NCBI GenBank assembly: GCA_024613925.1
Contig: GCA_024613925.1_4713.1
Source: a phage
DNA length: 64,000 bases
Reading direction: 5' to 3' (one strand)
Of this stretch, positions 20,649 through 29,542 are shown in pieces. The notes under the pieces are model-generated. The model ran no database searches, was not told the DNA's origin, and saw only the letters and a list, made by a program, of their open reading frames with translations. Positions within the stretch are counted from its first letter, which is position 1. Each line of letters starts with the position of its first letter. The translations under genes were made by a program, and so were the position numbers.

Positions 20649-21755
20649 ATGAATAAATGGTATTTACCAGAGGCACGTTTTAAATACTACGCAACTGACG
20701 ATGGTCTTTTCCATTCAACTGGAGAGGCTGTTCCGGTTACCGTTAAAGATGGTATCTCGTATGTCGAGATCGACTGGTATCGTGGTCTAGGTCTATATGA
20801 CGCCGGACTCGCTGTTATGTGTGCGTTGAGAGCGATAAACATACCAATCTACTTACTTGATCAAGCATATTCTCTTTACATTGACGGGAATCCTGAGAAT
20901 GTAAAACGTGAGAACCTGCTTTACCGTTTCAAAGGCGGTAGGTTGGAAGTACCTGGATGTCCCGGCTATTATTTCATCCCCTTCCATTCTCGTTATGCTA
21001 TTAACGAGGAAGGTTTGGTGATCAATGTCGAGACGGGGTTCGAAAAACGCTGGTCGCAAATGAAACCTAACAAGAAACAAAAGACCCATGGCGGTTACGT
21101 TTACCAACGTACGGTAAATGATAACGGATTCACATCCCAGCTTTATCAGCATCGTGCTATGGGTTACGTGTTTCTTGAATACGGTGCCGACGTTATGGAT
21201 AAGACAATAAACCATAAGAACGGCATCAAATGGGATAATCGTCCATGTAACATTGAGTGGGCAACGTATACGGACAATAATAAGCATGCGGTTGATAGCG
21301 GTCTTCGTACAGAAGGATTGCATCCTGTTAAGGTTAAGGATTACAACACCGGTGAAGTCAGGGTATTCCCTTCAATCGCTGCGTGTTGTGCTGCTTATCC
21401 ATGCTTGGAACGTAAACGTGTTTGGTATTGGATGACGCGTAAAACGAAATTCATGCCAGCCTGCAATCTGTATTTCAAAGAAGTTGACGATGATACCCCA
21501 TGGCCAGATTGGCAGATCGGACAGCCTCGTCGTCTTCAAGAATATACGATGCCTAACCCTATCGCAGCTATCGATAAACAAACTGGTAAACGTTATGTGT
21601 TTGCATCAATTGCTCACGCACAACGAGAGACAGGTGTTTCTAACGTGACTATCATGAAGTACTGTCGTAATAGGCTTACAGAAGGTCGTTCTCCATTCAT
21701 CTTCCGCTATTTTGAAGATGTTAGTTCGATGCCTGTAGGCCTTAACGACGCTTAA
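20649..21755 (+). CDS. HNH homing endonuclease (HNH_3 type)
   Basis: INHKNGIKWDNRPCNIEWATYTDNNKH matches the H-N-(DNR)-N-H signature; C-terminal G.RVFPSIA / GKRYVFASIAHA repeats resemble intron-encoded nuclease DNA-binding modules. Confidence 0.8.
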   Translation: MNKWYLPEARFKYYATDDGLFHSTGEAVPVTVKDGISYVEIDWYRGLGLYDAGLAVMCALRAINIPIYLLDQAYSLYIDGNPENVKRENLLYRFKGGRLEVPGCPGYYFIPFHSRYAINEEGLVINVETGFEKRWSQMKPNKKQKTHGGYVYQRTVNDNGFTSQLYQHRAMGYVFLEYGADVMDKTINHKNGIKWDNRPCNIEWATYTDNNKHAVDSGLRTEGLHPVKVKDYNTGEVRVFPSIAACCAAYPCLERKRVWYWMTRKTKFMPACNLYFKEVDDDTPWPDWQIGQPRRLQEYTMPNPIAAIDKQTGKRYVFASIAHAQRETGVSNVTIMKYCRNRLTEGRSPFIFRYFEDVSSMPVGLNDA

Positions 21756-21789
21756 CCGATTTTAGGTCCCGGTGGGGATAACGCCCCCA

Positions 21790-22114
21790 CCGGATTCCCG
21801 TTAATTGCTGGAACCCCCTAAAGCCTTTCGACCACAGCGGATTCTGAAAAGAAAAACGTCAAGGTTAGAAAACAGAAAGGATGTTCGTAAGGAAACGATA
21901 AATGGGCAATCAGCAGCGAAGCTTCTAAGGGCCTGCATTAGCAATAAGACCTAAGAAGAACGTTCAACGACTATCCGGTCGCGCGGAGTAAGGGACAAGC
22001 GTCCCCAAACACGGGAGGGGTGCGAAAGCATTCCATGATATAGTCTGCTCCTAAGTGAAAGCTTAGGCGGGTGGTACACACCGGCATAAGAGTTGCGTCT
22101 TATGTGGACAATGG
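21790..22114 (+). ncRNA. Group I intron-like ribozyme core
   Basis: Q-like AATCAGCAGC (21908-21917), R-like GTTCAACGACTA (21962-21973) and S-like GATATAGTC (22037-22045) in the canonical order; P7 GACTA/TAGTC pairing; P9-like hairpins CCTAAG..CTTAGG and CATAAGA..TCTTATG. Confidence 0.5.
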
Positions 22115-22369
22115 CTTGACATTTCTTCAAGTTATCCCAACGGGCAGATACTGCTCAATCTATCCAGAGCATGTGTTTTTCGTGAGCTCTCGCGCATTGA
22201 GGGCGTCTCTGACTATCAATTCAGGAAGTTAGGTATCAACTTTATTACCGGAGGTAAAACGAACGCTGTAGACTTCTGTAGAATCGTTTATAAAGCGCCA
22301 TCGATGTTTGAACTCTTAGAACATTTCGATGCGACGCGTCCAAAAGAGGAAGCGCGGACCATCGAATGA
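22115..22369 (+). CDS. Putative 3' exon (start-less ORF) of the interrupted polymerase gene
   Basis: Frame with no stop from 22067 to TGA at 22367-22369 and no start codon; translation ..QWLDISSSYPNGQILLNLSR.. contains a motif-A-like DxxSxYP; a terminator hairpin follows. Confidence 0.3.
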   Translation, partial: LDISSSYPNGQILLNLSRACVFRELSRIEGVSDYQFRKLGINFITGGKTNAVDFCRIVYKAPSMFELLEHFDATRPKEEARTIE

Positions 22370-22417
22370 TTCAAGTAAGTTGATCCTCGTTTAACAAAAA
22401 AGAAAACGCATGCGAAG

Positions 22418-22449
22418 CCCCTCCCCCTGGCGGAAGCCGGAGGGAGGGG
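22418..22449. terminator. GC-rich hairpin between convergent transcription units
   Basis: CCCCTCCC..GGGAGGGG stem followed by TTT; lies between the putative 3' exon and minus gene 22456..22941. Confidence 0.4.
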
Positions 22450-22455
22450 TGGGGT

Positions 22456-22941
22456 TTATGCGTGTTCGTTGCCAACCTTCACTTTGTAATCAGCGTCGGT
22501 TAAGAAAATAGACAGGAATCCATGTTCTTTGCAAATCTGACTAAGGATGTCAGCAATGATTTCGTTGATCATCGGTTTGTTTGCAAGGGCATAGATGTAC
22601 CCGGGTGTAAAAGAAAGTGCATGATTGATCATAGGCTCATGAGAAGCCAAGATAAGGATCACGTGATGCTTCCCATCGTCGGTAACGACCGCTTGCGTAG
22701 ACACGAAGAAATCAGTGAAGCAGCAGCGATCACAGGCTTTAGGTATATACAAATCACCCAGAGCTTCGTCGCGTGCTTTTATGTGTGTTTCAGGGGTGAT
22801 GCTGCTAAGTTGATCTTCAGCGAGATCCAAGACATCCTCAATCGTTTTAAGAATAGCGTTGCGGAAATCCTCGCGGTAGAATGGGATGATATCACGATCG
22901 TTCATGTAATCGCCGGATTCGATAGTAAAGTTGATGTTCAT
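22456..22941 (-). CDS. Small hypothetical protein (array member 1)
   Basis: 161-aa ORF with AGGAG ribosome-binding site. Confidence 0.5.
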   Translation of the reverse strand: MNINFTIESGDYMNDRDIIPFYREDFRNAILKTIEDVLDLAEDQLSSITPETHIKARDEALGDLYIPKACDRCCFTDFFVSTQAVVTDDGKHHVILILASHEPMINHALSFTPGYIYALANKPMINEIIADILSQICKEHGFLSIFLTDADYKVKVGNEHA

Positions 22942-23011
22942 TGAATGCTCCTAGTGGTTATGTCGATTGATTGATGTATTGATTTATGTTTGAAGGTGTT
23001 GTTCACCTTCG

Positions 23012-23479
23012 TTAGATATCATCATCCGTGGTGCCGTAGGACATATGCTGAATTAATTTTCTCGGCTCGATGAAAATACGACATGTGATAAACACATCGG
23101 GATCGTATTGCTCCACGCAACGTCCGAAGGCTTGTTTTGCGGCTTGACGCACCGATGTTATTTCCTGATCGTTCATCGCATTATCGAATTCGATGTTGAT
23201 CGTGATTTTATCGGGAAATAAATAGATAAAGTAATCGCCACTGATACCACCATCATCAAAGTGACGTTCATTGTAACACTGGACGAGCTTACCTTCACGT
23301 TCTTTCTGATACCATCCAAGGATACTATTAAGACCTCTGTCCACGCATTCGAATGCTTGAGTAATAACATCCTCAACGACGGAGGCTGCCGTGGGACCAT
23401 TGAATAGACGATCTAAGCGCTTTTTCATCGATTTGTCGGTTTTCATGTTCATTGTTTCTTTTCCTGTTATAGTCAACAT
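23012..23479 (-). CDS. Small hypothetical protein (array member 2)
   Basis: 155-aa ORF. Confidence 0.5.
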   Translation of the reverse strand: MLTITGKETMNMKTDKSMKKRLDRLFNGPTAASVVEDVITQAFECVDRGLNSILGWYQKEREGKLVQCYNERHFDDGGISGDYFIYLFPDKITINIEFDNAMNDQEITSVRQAAKQAFGRCVEQYDPDVFITCRIFIEPRKLIQHMSYGTTDDDI

Positions 23480-23529
23480 ATAGCCCTTCCCCGGCCTTGA
23501 CGGCTAGGGAAGGGTATGTTTACGTGTAA

Positions 23530-23925
23530 TTACTCTTTGACGTCAGTTGTCGTTTCGACATGCTTCTCACTACTGACGTACCAGAGCAGGTACGTTGGGA
23601 AAAGATTGACCTCTAAGCTAAATGGGATATTGTATTTCTCTTCCATTTTACAGAGATGTTCTTTAAGTAAATTTCTCGCGTCTCTGTCACCACGAACAGA
23701 GTGCCAGTCTAGTTCTTTGTTCTCCTTTACCAGGACCTCTACGATGATACGTTGCTCGTGAACCTCGGTTTTCACAGTGAAAAGTAAATCGCTGCTATCA
23801 AAACGGGTAAAACGAATGTATGAGCCAGGTGTTTTTTCTTGTTTAATAATATCGATCATGGTAGAAATGCGCGGATGATCGATGTTGTCGTTAACAGCTT
23901 TAACGATGGATTCTACAATGCTCAT
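23530..23925 (-). CDS. Small hypothetical protein (array member 3)
   Basis: 131-aa ORF. Confidence 0.5.
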   Translation of the reverse strand: MSIVESIVKAVNDNIDHPRISTMIDIIKQEKTPGSYIRFTRFDSSDLLFTVKTEVHEQRIIVEVLVKENKELDWHSVRGDRDARNLLKEHLCKMEEKYNIPFSLEVNLFPTYLLWYVSSEKHVETTTDVKE

Positions 23926-24084
23926 TTTTTTTATCCTTAATGTTATCGGTTTAGAAATATTACTTAAATATTGTTTTATTTATCGATGGTTGTTACCCAT
24001 GATGGGAAAGCCGGATGGAAACAGAGCGTGAACGTAACCTTCGTATCGTATTTAATCGCTGAACTTTATCTTTGATAGACATGA

Positions 24085-24543
24085 TTACCCCTTAGCTCCT
24101 TCTTCGTCTGGAGAGTATTCCATCGTGTAGAATTCATAACCATCGGAAAACTTGAGTGTTAATGTAATAGGGAAATCGCACGGCATAGCTGATTTCGTAA
24201 ATGCGTTATTAGCAACATCAGCCAACCGACGTATAGCATCAACCCCGCTGACGCTGAATGGTAGTTGTATGTTGATAAGGATACGATGCTTGTAAACATA
24301 GAAAACAACGGTACTGTCGAGATAAACGCTATGGAACGGTATTGTTGGGATGCGTTCCACAATGGTAAAATACGTCCCGTCATTATCGCTATGCCCCATC
24401 GACCAAATATCGGATTTGCGTAGATTTTGTTTGAGGGATTCGATACTTCGAGTGACGGTCTCAGCAACAGGCGTGACGTAAGTGTCTCTATGCGAGTCGA
24501 AAAGTTCGTTGACGTTAGATTCGAATGAATACATTGTTGCCAT
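24085..24543 (-). CDS. Small hypothetical protein (array member 4)
   Basis: 152-aa ORF, GAGG ribosome-binding site. Confidence 0.5.
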   Translation of the reverse strand: MATMYSFESNVNELFDSHRDTYVTPVAETVTRSIESLKQNLRKSDIWSMGHSDNDGTYFTIVERIPTIPFHSVYLDSTVVFYVYKHRILINIQLPFSVSGVDAIRRLADVANNAFTKSAMPCDFPITLTLKFSDGYEFYTMEYSPDEEGAKG

Positions 24544-24609
24544 TTTCTACCTCAATAGTTTAACCGGCACGTGTCCCCACCTAACAAGGGACACGATATC
24601 GTTGATTAA

Positions 24610-25110
24610 TTACTCTTCTGTGTTTTCATTGTCAGGATCGTAGTGGAATTCGAACAGCCCTGAACCGTCGTGTCCGTTGATTGTTAGTATAACGGGCATA
24701 TCGAATCCTCGGACGCGCGAATGAAAACACTGTGCTAATTTGAGTTTGGCGTATGCCACTATTTCATTGACGGCAATGCACGACTCACCTGTTATACTCA
24801 GTATAACGTCGATACTAACAATGTTGTCGTGCAACGCAAAACGCCAACGATCGATACGAGTATTATCTTTAGCGGTTGTCTCGTTTACGAGATAGACTTT
24901 ATCATCAACCGACAAAGCGGGACTCCAGCAACGTTCGTTTATTAAATTCGCCTGGAGTTTTAGTATCGTCTGATCGATAATATCCCAACACGTAACCAGC
25001 GTGACGTCAGGCACTGAGTAGAGAAGGGCGAGCACTTTATCCTTTATTTTAGGTGTCTCTGCAGGACGTCCGCAAATACCATGCATTTCAACTTTCTTAT
25101 TCATATTCAC
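24610..25110 (-). CDS. Small hypothetical protein (array member 5)
   Basis: 166-aa ORF. Confidence 0.5.
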   Translation of the reverse strand: MNMNKKVEMHGICGRPAETPKIKDKVLALLYSVPDVTLVTCWDIIDQTILKLQANLINERCWSPALSVDDKVYLVNETTAKDNTRIDRWRFALHDNIVSIDVILSITGESCIAVNEIVAYAKLKLAQCFHSRVRGFDMPVILTINGHDGSGLFEFHYDPDNENTEE

Positions 25111-25148
25111 TTCTTTCTTAATCTAAATGTTAGTTGGGGATGGGATGC

Positions 25149-25781
25149 TTACATGCTTTCTAGCATATTGACGATCATGGAACCCATACCGAAACTCGGT
25201 CTCTCACCGATATACTCAGCAAGTTGACGGTGTACGTCTTTTGGATTTCCTTCTTCACCATCGGCATCGATGTAGACCGAAAAAGAAACCGAATCGGAAT
25301 CCACGCTGATAACCAGACGACGTTCATTGCGTTCCTTGAGCGTGTCGACGATAGATGCTTTCAGTACCGGGATCGCATTCATCGCGTGCAAGATATCTCC
25401 ATCGGGTTTCGGCAGATCGATCTTTTCTTTCAGGTCGATATTGATGTTGGTTACAATTGGGTTGAGGTCGACCTTGACATAATCGTTGGGATACATGCGA
25501 ATAATCGCACGATCGATATCTGAACCGTAAAAGTCAACACGTAGCTTTAACACTTCTTTGTTTGGATCCATGTTTTCATCCATACCCGCCTGCAAGAAAC
25601 GTTCTACGTTATCCAGTTCACGATAAACTGACGCTTCGATTTCTTTCAGATAGTTGGCTGCGGTTTCATGTTCCTTACGTAGCTCGTCTTTAAGGAGCTG
25701 TACGGTGGTTTCACTGGAACGAATGCTGTTCGCGAATTGGGTAATTGACATATTGAATTCCTTAAATTCTCTTGAGTTCAA
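25149..25781 (-). CDS. Small hypothetical protein (array member 6)
   Basis: 210-aa ORF, AGGAA ribosome-binding site. Confidence 0.5.
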   Translation of the reverse strand: MNSREFKEFNMSITQFANSIRSSETTVQLLKDELRKEHETAANYLKEIEASVYRELDNVERFLQAGMDENMDPNKEVLKLRVDFYGSDIDRAIIRMYPNDYVKVDLNPIVTNINIDLKEKIDLPKPDGDILHAMNAIPVLKASIVDTLKERNERRLVISVDSDSVSFSVYIDADGEEGNPKDVHRQLAEYIGERPSFGMGSMIVNMLESM

Positions 25782-25799
25782 TTAATGATGAAAAGCTGT

Positions 25800-25827
25800 A
25801 AAAAAAAAAGGTGGGGCGAACCCCACC
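25800..25827 (-). terminator. Rho-independent terminator (minus strand)
   Basis: GGTGGGG cgaa CCCCACC hairpin followed on the minus strand by a 10-nt U run; directly after the stop of 25853..26278. Confidence 0.65.
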
Positions 25828-25852
25828 AAAACGTCAGACACACGCAGGAAAA

Positions 25853-26278
25853 TTAATTCAGTGATGCATATAAGGCATAACGACTGTAGATCTCAACCGC
25901 CGGTCCGTTATGGGTTAACAGACCATCCTGGCTGTAATACTGGAAAAATGAATAACGTTTGTCGAAGTGATAAACAAAAGCAATGTCTTTGCCGTCAAAA
26001 CCCATGACGCGCGGCCTGTTTTTATCTAGCAACGCTTTGACTTTTAACAGTGTTGCCGCACGCGCTTTAACATTAGGGATTAATCCATCACAATCGATAT
26101 AAACCGTGTAACCTGTTTCAGATGTTGCGACGGTTGTATTGCGATTGACGCGAAAGATTTTTGTTTTGTACGTATCATCTTCAAGAATTGGGTTTTGTTT
26201 TTCGTATTTTCGTTTACGTAGAAATTCTACAACGGTGATATAGTTAGCGGTAATATGCCCGGTTATAGCTTGTAACAT
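25853..26278 (-). CDS. Small hypothetical protein (array member 7)
   Basis: 141-aa ORF; shares its 5' leader with gene 54730..55047. Confidence 0.5.
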   Translation of the reverse strand: MLQAITGHITANYITVVEFLRKRKYEKQNPILEDDTYKTKIFRVNRNTTVATSETGYTVYIDCDGLIPNVKARAATLLKVKALLDKNRPRVMGFDGKDIAFVYHFDKRYSFFQYYSQDGLLTHNGPAVEIYSRYALYASLN

Positions 26279-26289
26279 CTCGACATCCT

Positions 26290-26317
26290 TTTATATTGGA
26301 TTGATTGCAATTGTCTT
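26290..26317 (-). promoter_or_regulatory. Sigma70-like promoter candidate (AAGACA, 16-nt spacer, TATAAA) with conserved leader
   Basis: About 30 nt including the TATAAA and AAAGGATG ribosome-binding site identical to the leader of gene 54730..55047. Confidence 0.3.
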
Positions 26318-26449
26318 AAATAGATGATAAGATATTTTGCTCTTATCATTAAGGTAACGCTTACGCGTCGCGTTCATGATGTCATGCATCATGAAGGTAA
26401 TGTAGTCGTGAAATAAACTGCGTTAACACGAAATAAAACAGCATAGAAC

Positions 26450-26480
26450 CCTCTCCCAACCCGTAAGGGAAGGGAGAGGG
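26450..26480 (-). terminator. GC-rich hairpin, inverted copy of the 2264..2295 element
   Basis: CCCTCTCCCAACCCGTAAGGGAAGGGAGAGGG preceded by GCATAGAA. Confidence 0.4.
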
Positions 26481-26493
26481 AATATTAAAATTG

Positions 26494-26949
26494 TCACTTT
26501 ATATTGAACGCTTTTCGCAACGCATTAAGAACTAAATTAATTTCTTGCGCTTGTAACTTTAATCCCTGTGCTGAGCCATCAAACCCAAGCCAACGCCATA
26601 CAAGGCATTTTACAGGTTTGTTGTTATCGTCGATACTATATGTGATCTCCAGTGTACTTTGATACGCGTAGTCACCATGTGTTTTCAGCGACTGATTGAA
26701 ATAAATATCAAATGCTTCTTCTATAGCCTGTTTACCGCGATCGTTACAAACAAACGCGATGTATCCGTCGGAATATCCAACTTCCTCTGGATGTCCTTGG
26801 CAGGAGAAAATACTGATGGCGTCTTGCTGAGCAAGATTGAACACCGTGAAGAAATCACCAAATAAAGGATCGAGATTTAATGCGTTGTTATCGATAAGGT
26901 TCCTTACCGCTTTACGGTATTCTCCCAGACTATTGTTCGCTGTAAACAT
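26494..26949 (-). CDS. Small hypothetical protein (array member 8)
   Basis: 151-aa ORF. Confidence 0.5.
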   Translation of the reverse strand: MFTANNSLGEYRKAVRNLIDNNALNLDPLFGDFFTVFNLAQQDAISIFSCQGHPEEVGYSDGYIAFVCNDRGKQAIEEAFDIYFNQSLKTHGDYAYQSTLEITYSIDDNNKPVKCLVWRWLGFDGSAQGLKLQAQEINLVLNALRKAFNIK

Positions 26950-26959
26950 TCTTTTACCT

Positions 26960-27361
26960 TTAAATATCGTGGATAGCGGTGCCGTTTAGCCAACAATACA
27001 ACTTAATGCGACACGGATAGCGATTCGTAGCCAAGAGCAGTTCGTCGCGTAAACGCTGGTAGATTTCATCCTGGTGTTCACGATCAATTGGGTAATCAGC
27101 CCAACATTCGATCATGACGTCACCATTCGTCAGAATCGTCGTACGCATCCTGTCCTGGATACGGCGGTCTTTCCCGGCATTAGGGAAATACATTCCTTCA
27201 GTACGAATAAGGTCGCCGCAGGGCATGACTAACCATTCGTTCGTTTTGCCGGTATTCTTATAATCCATTACGGCTTGCATTGCGGTGTCAACGCTAAAAG
27301 AAACATAATTCCAAACGGATGTCCAACGATAGATTGCGGGTTGTTCGAGTGTTTCGTTCAT
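26960..27361 (-). CDS. Small hypothetical protein (array member 9)
   Basis: 133-aa ORF; possible TTGAAT-17-TAAAAA promoter upstream. Confidence 0.5.
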   Translation of the reverse strand: MNETLEQPAIYRWTSVWNYVSFSVDTAMQAVMDYKNTGKTNEWLVMPCGDLIRTEGMYFPNAGKDRRIQDRMRTTILTNGDVMIECWADYPIDREHQDEIYQRLRDELLLATNRYPCRIKLYCWLNGTAIHDI

Positions 27362-27575
27362 GGAGTGCTTGTCCTATTTTTTATTTTCTGCACAGGATAA
27401 ATTCAACGGCATAAAGCCCTTCCCTGCCCTTATATGGGGCGGGAAGAGTTTATGACCGCAATGAGAATCTCTCACGACAAGCTCACGACGATTATCGCAT
27501 CACCCCGCGAGTGAGGGAGATCAGGATCACCTCCTACGTCGTAACGACAGCAATCCCGTTACGTCGCCTTAGACG

Positions 27576-28202
27576 TTATGCAAAGCGACGCATGTAACCT
27601 GCCAGATAGTTACGCGTATCGAAGTAGGCAATTTCAGGAATTGCGATATTAAGGTCGATAGCGCGGATTTCAACTTGGCGACGGCTTTCATCATAGATCG
27701 CATCCATCAGACGCAGTACTGTCAGGAAAGCCATGCGTGTATGGTAGTCCAGCGGCATGTTATCGATACCGCGATACAGATAACGGTTTGCATTAAATGC
27801 CCCTTCGCTGTTATCTTTCCAGATCTTCAGAATATCAGCAAAGGCGGTGCGGAAAACCTCAGGATTATCCACATCCAGTAACGCACGGAAAGCAGACATT
27901 AAAGACCGCTGATGACGGATCAACGACTGCGGCGTTTGCGGCATGGTCGGACCCATTTCTTCCGCATATTTCTGGAACGGGGCAACCAGGGTTGCGGCAC
28001 GAGAAGCCACGATAGAAACAGCAGGCGATTCTTTCACCGCTGGTTTCGCAGGCTTTTCTTCAACAACGGTTTCCTTCTTCTCAACAGCGACCGTTTCCGG
28101 CTGTGCTACAACATCACCAACCGGAGCATCTGCAATGGTGGTTTCTACCGCAGTAATCTCCTCGTCCATTTTTGCAGAACGTTGGTCTTTATTCTTGCTC
28201 AT
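27576..28202 (-). CDS. Hypothetical protein with Lys/Glu/Val-rich low-complexity N-terminus
   Basis: 208-aa ORF. Confidence 0.5.
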   Translation of the reverse strand: MSKNKDQRSAKMDEEITAVETTIADAPVGDVVAQPETVAVEKKETVVEEKPAKPAVKESPAVSIVASRAATLVAPFQKYAEEMGPTMPQTPQSLIRHQRSLMSAFRALLDVDNPEVFRTAFADILKIWKDNSEGAFNANRYLYRGIDNMPLDYHTRMAFLTVLRLMDAIYDESRRQVEIRAIDLNIAIPEIAYFDTRNYLAGYMRRFA

Positions 28203-28227
28203 GTTTATTTCCTTTCATTTAACAAGG

Positions 28228-29529
28228 TTAACTAATATAAAGTTCAGGATCGTAAGGCGCTAACGATACACTGGCGTTATGCATTGCTTTCATCATAGTG
28301 TTCATGAAAACGTTGTTTACACCGGTGATCTCTGCCCCGATCGCATCTGGGGTTGGAGCCATCGCGTTACCGCAACAGGTAGCACAGTATTCCAATGGGC
28401 CTGCTTTACAACGTTGAGGATCACGTAACTTGATGGTCTGTCCTTCCAAGGAAGCGAGTAATTCAGCATCAATAAGTTTAAGCGCCGCGCCGTCGATCAT
28501 GTAACGGCCGACAAGCAGCTTATCTTTGATGTGGTCGCGGTTTACCGTGAACAGAATATGTTCGTGGGTACCGCAGTCGTCCATCGTGATTTTAAGGTTC
28601 TGTGTCGCACGTTGCGATTCTTTCGCCGTCTGTCCAGCTAAAGCGGTCAACGCACCACGTGAGAACGAACCAGCACGTGCGCTGTTGTTGTACTCCGCCC
28701 AATGGTCGACACGCATCCCTTCAGCCAGGCTGTGTGTGATAACGTTACGTTTACCGGGGTCAACGAAGTCGGCTTCAACCCCCATCATGATGTGCGTTTT
28801 CTTTCGAGTATTACCGAAACTCTTGCCTGGGTTAATATAGAACCCTTCCGATTCATCGCCCTTAAAGGATTCCTTATCCATTTTGGTTAACGTGGCTTCG
28901 AGTTTGATCAGTTCTTCAGGCGTGAACTTACCTTCCTCTTGTAAGCGTGCCAACTCTTTATCACGATAGGCAATAATATCATCATCGACCGTTAACGCCT
29001 TATCGCTCATCGATGGGACAATTAAACGGTTGATGGCGGTTAGCGCACTGATATTGTTGGTGAATTTCTTCACTTCGCTTGCGTACAACGGACCAATTGG
29101 ACGTTCGTTAGGATCGGGTATTCCCTCTTCAGGATCGTCCGCTACGCGTGGCGCAATCAGTGACTCCAGTGTACCGCTGGTTAACCGTCCTGCCTGATAT
29201 TCAATCTGAATACCGAAAGCATCATAAAGGACGTACATATTGAACAGAGCTTCGCCGAAGGTTGTGGTGGTTGTGTTCTTAACCGACGGTAGATCGCCAG
29301 GTGCGAGCTCCAATGGCTCCCAGAAACTCAACAAGGGTTTTGTTGGCTCGGTTTCCCACCGGTGTTCTTCACCGTCGATGGTAACCGTAACGACGTTACC
29401 TTGACGACGTAATTTAGGCTGATACTTCTCAGCGCCACCTTCCGTAAAAGCAAATGCGTCGTTAATCCATTCAAGATAACGGTAGTGCCCTTCACGCATC
29501 GCGTAAAGGAAATATTCACGAGGTGTCAT
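28228..29529 (-). CDS. Hypothetical protein with C-terminal Cys cluster (CKAGPLEYCATCCG)
   Basis: 433-aa ORF; no family assignable by eye. Confidence 0.55.
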   Translation of the reverse strand: MTPREYFLYAMREGHYRYLEWINDAFAFTEGGAEKYQPKLRRQGNVVTVTIDGEEHRWETEPTKPLLSFWEPLELAPGDLPSVKNTTTTTFGEALFNMYVLYDAFGIQIEYQAGRLTSGTLESLIAPRVADDPEEGIPDPNERPIGPLYASEVKKFTNNISALTAINRLIVPSMSDKALTVDDDIIAYRDKELARLQEEGKFTPEELIKLEATLTKMDKESFKGDESEGFYINPGKSFGNTRKKTHIMMGVEADFVDPGKRNVITHSLAEGMRVDHWAEYNNSARAGSFSRGALTALAGQTAKESQRATQNLKITMDDCGTHEHILFTVNRDHIKDKLLVGRYMIDGAALKLIDAELLASLEGQTIKLRDPQRCKAGPLEYCATCCGNAMAPTPDAIGAEITGVNNVFMNTMMKAMHNASVSLAPYDPELYIS

Positions 29530-29542
29530 GTAACAACTCCTT

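Larger units (their letters stand above)
20581..22114 (+). mobile_element. Putative mobile group I intron carrying the HNH endonuclease ORF (boundaries uncertain)
   Basis: Endonuclease ORF directly followed by ribozyme core elements; no start-codon ORF between 21756 and 22455. Confidence 0.4.

Noticed and set aside
21756-22455. Possible tRNA or other small RNA in the 700-bp non-coding stretch
   Set aside because: No cloverleaf with a GTTCRA T-loop was found by eye; the conserved Q/R/S-like elements fit a group I intron core better
28228-29529. RNA polymerase beta-prime-like fragment (ADF sequence in MGVEADFVDPGKR)
   Set aside because: The motif does not match NADFDGD and no other polymerase block was seen; left as hypothetical
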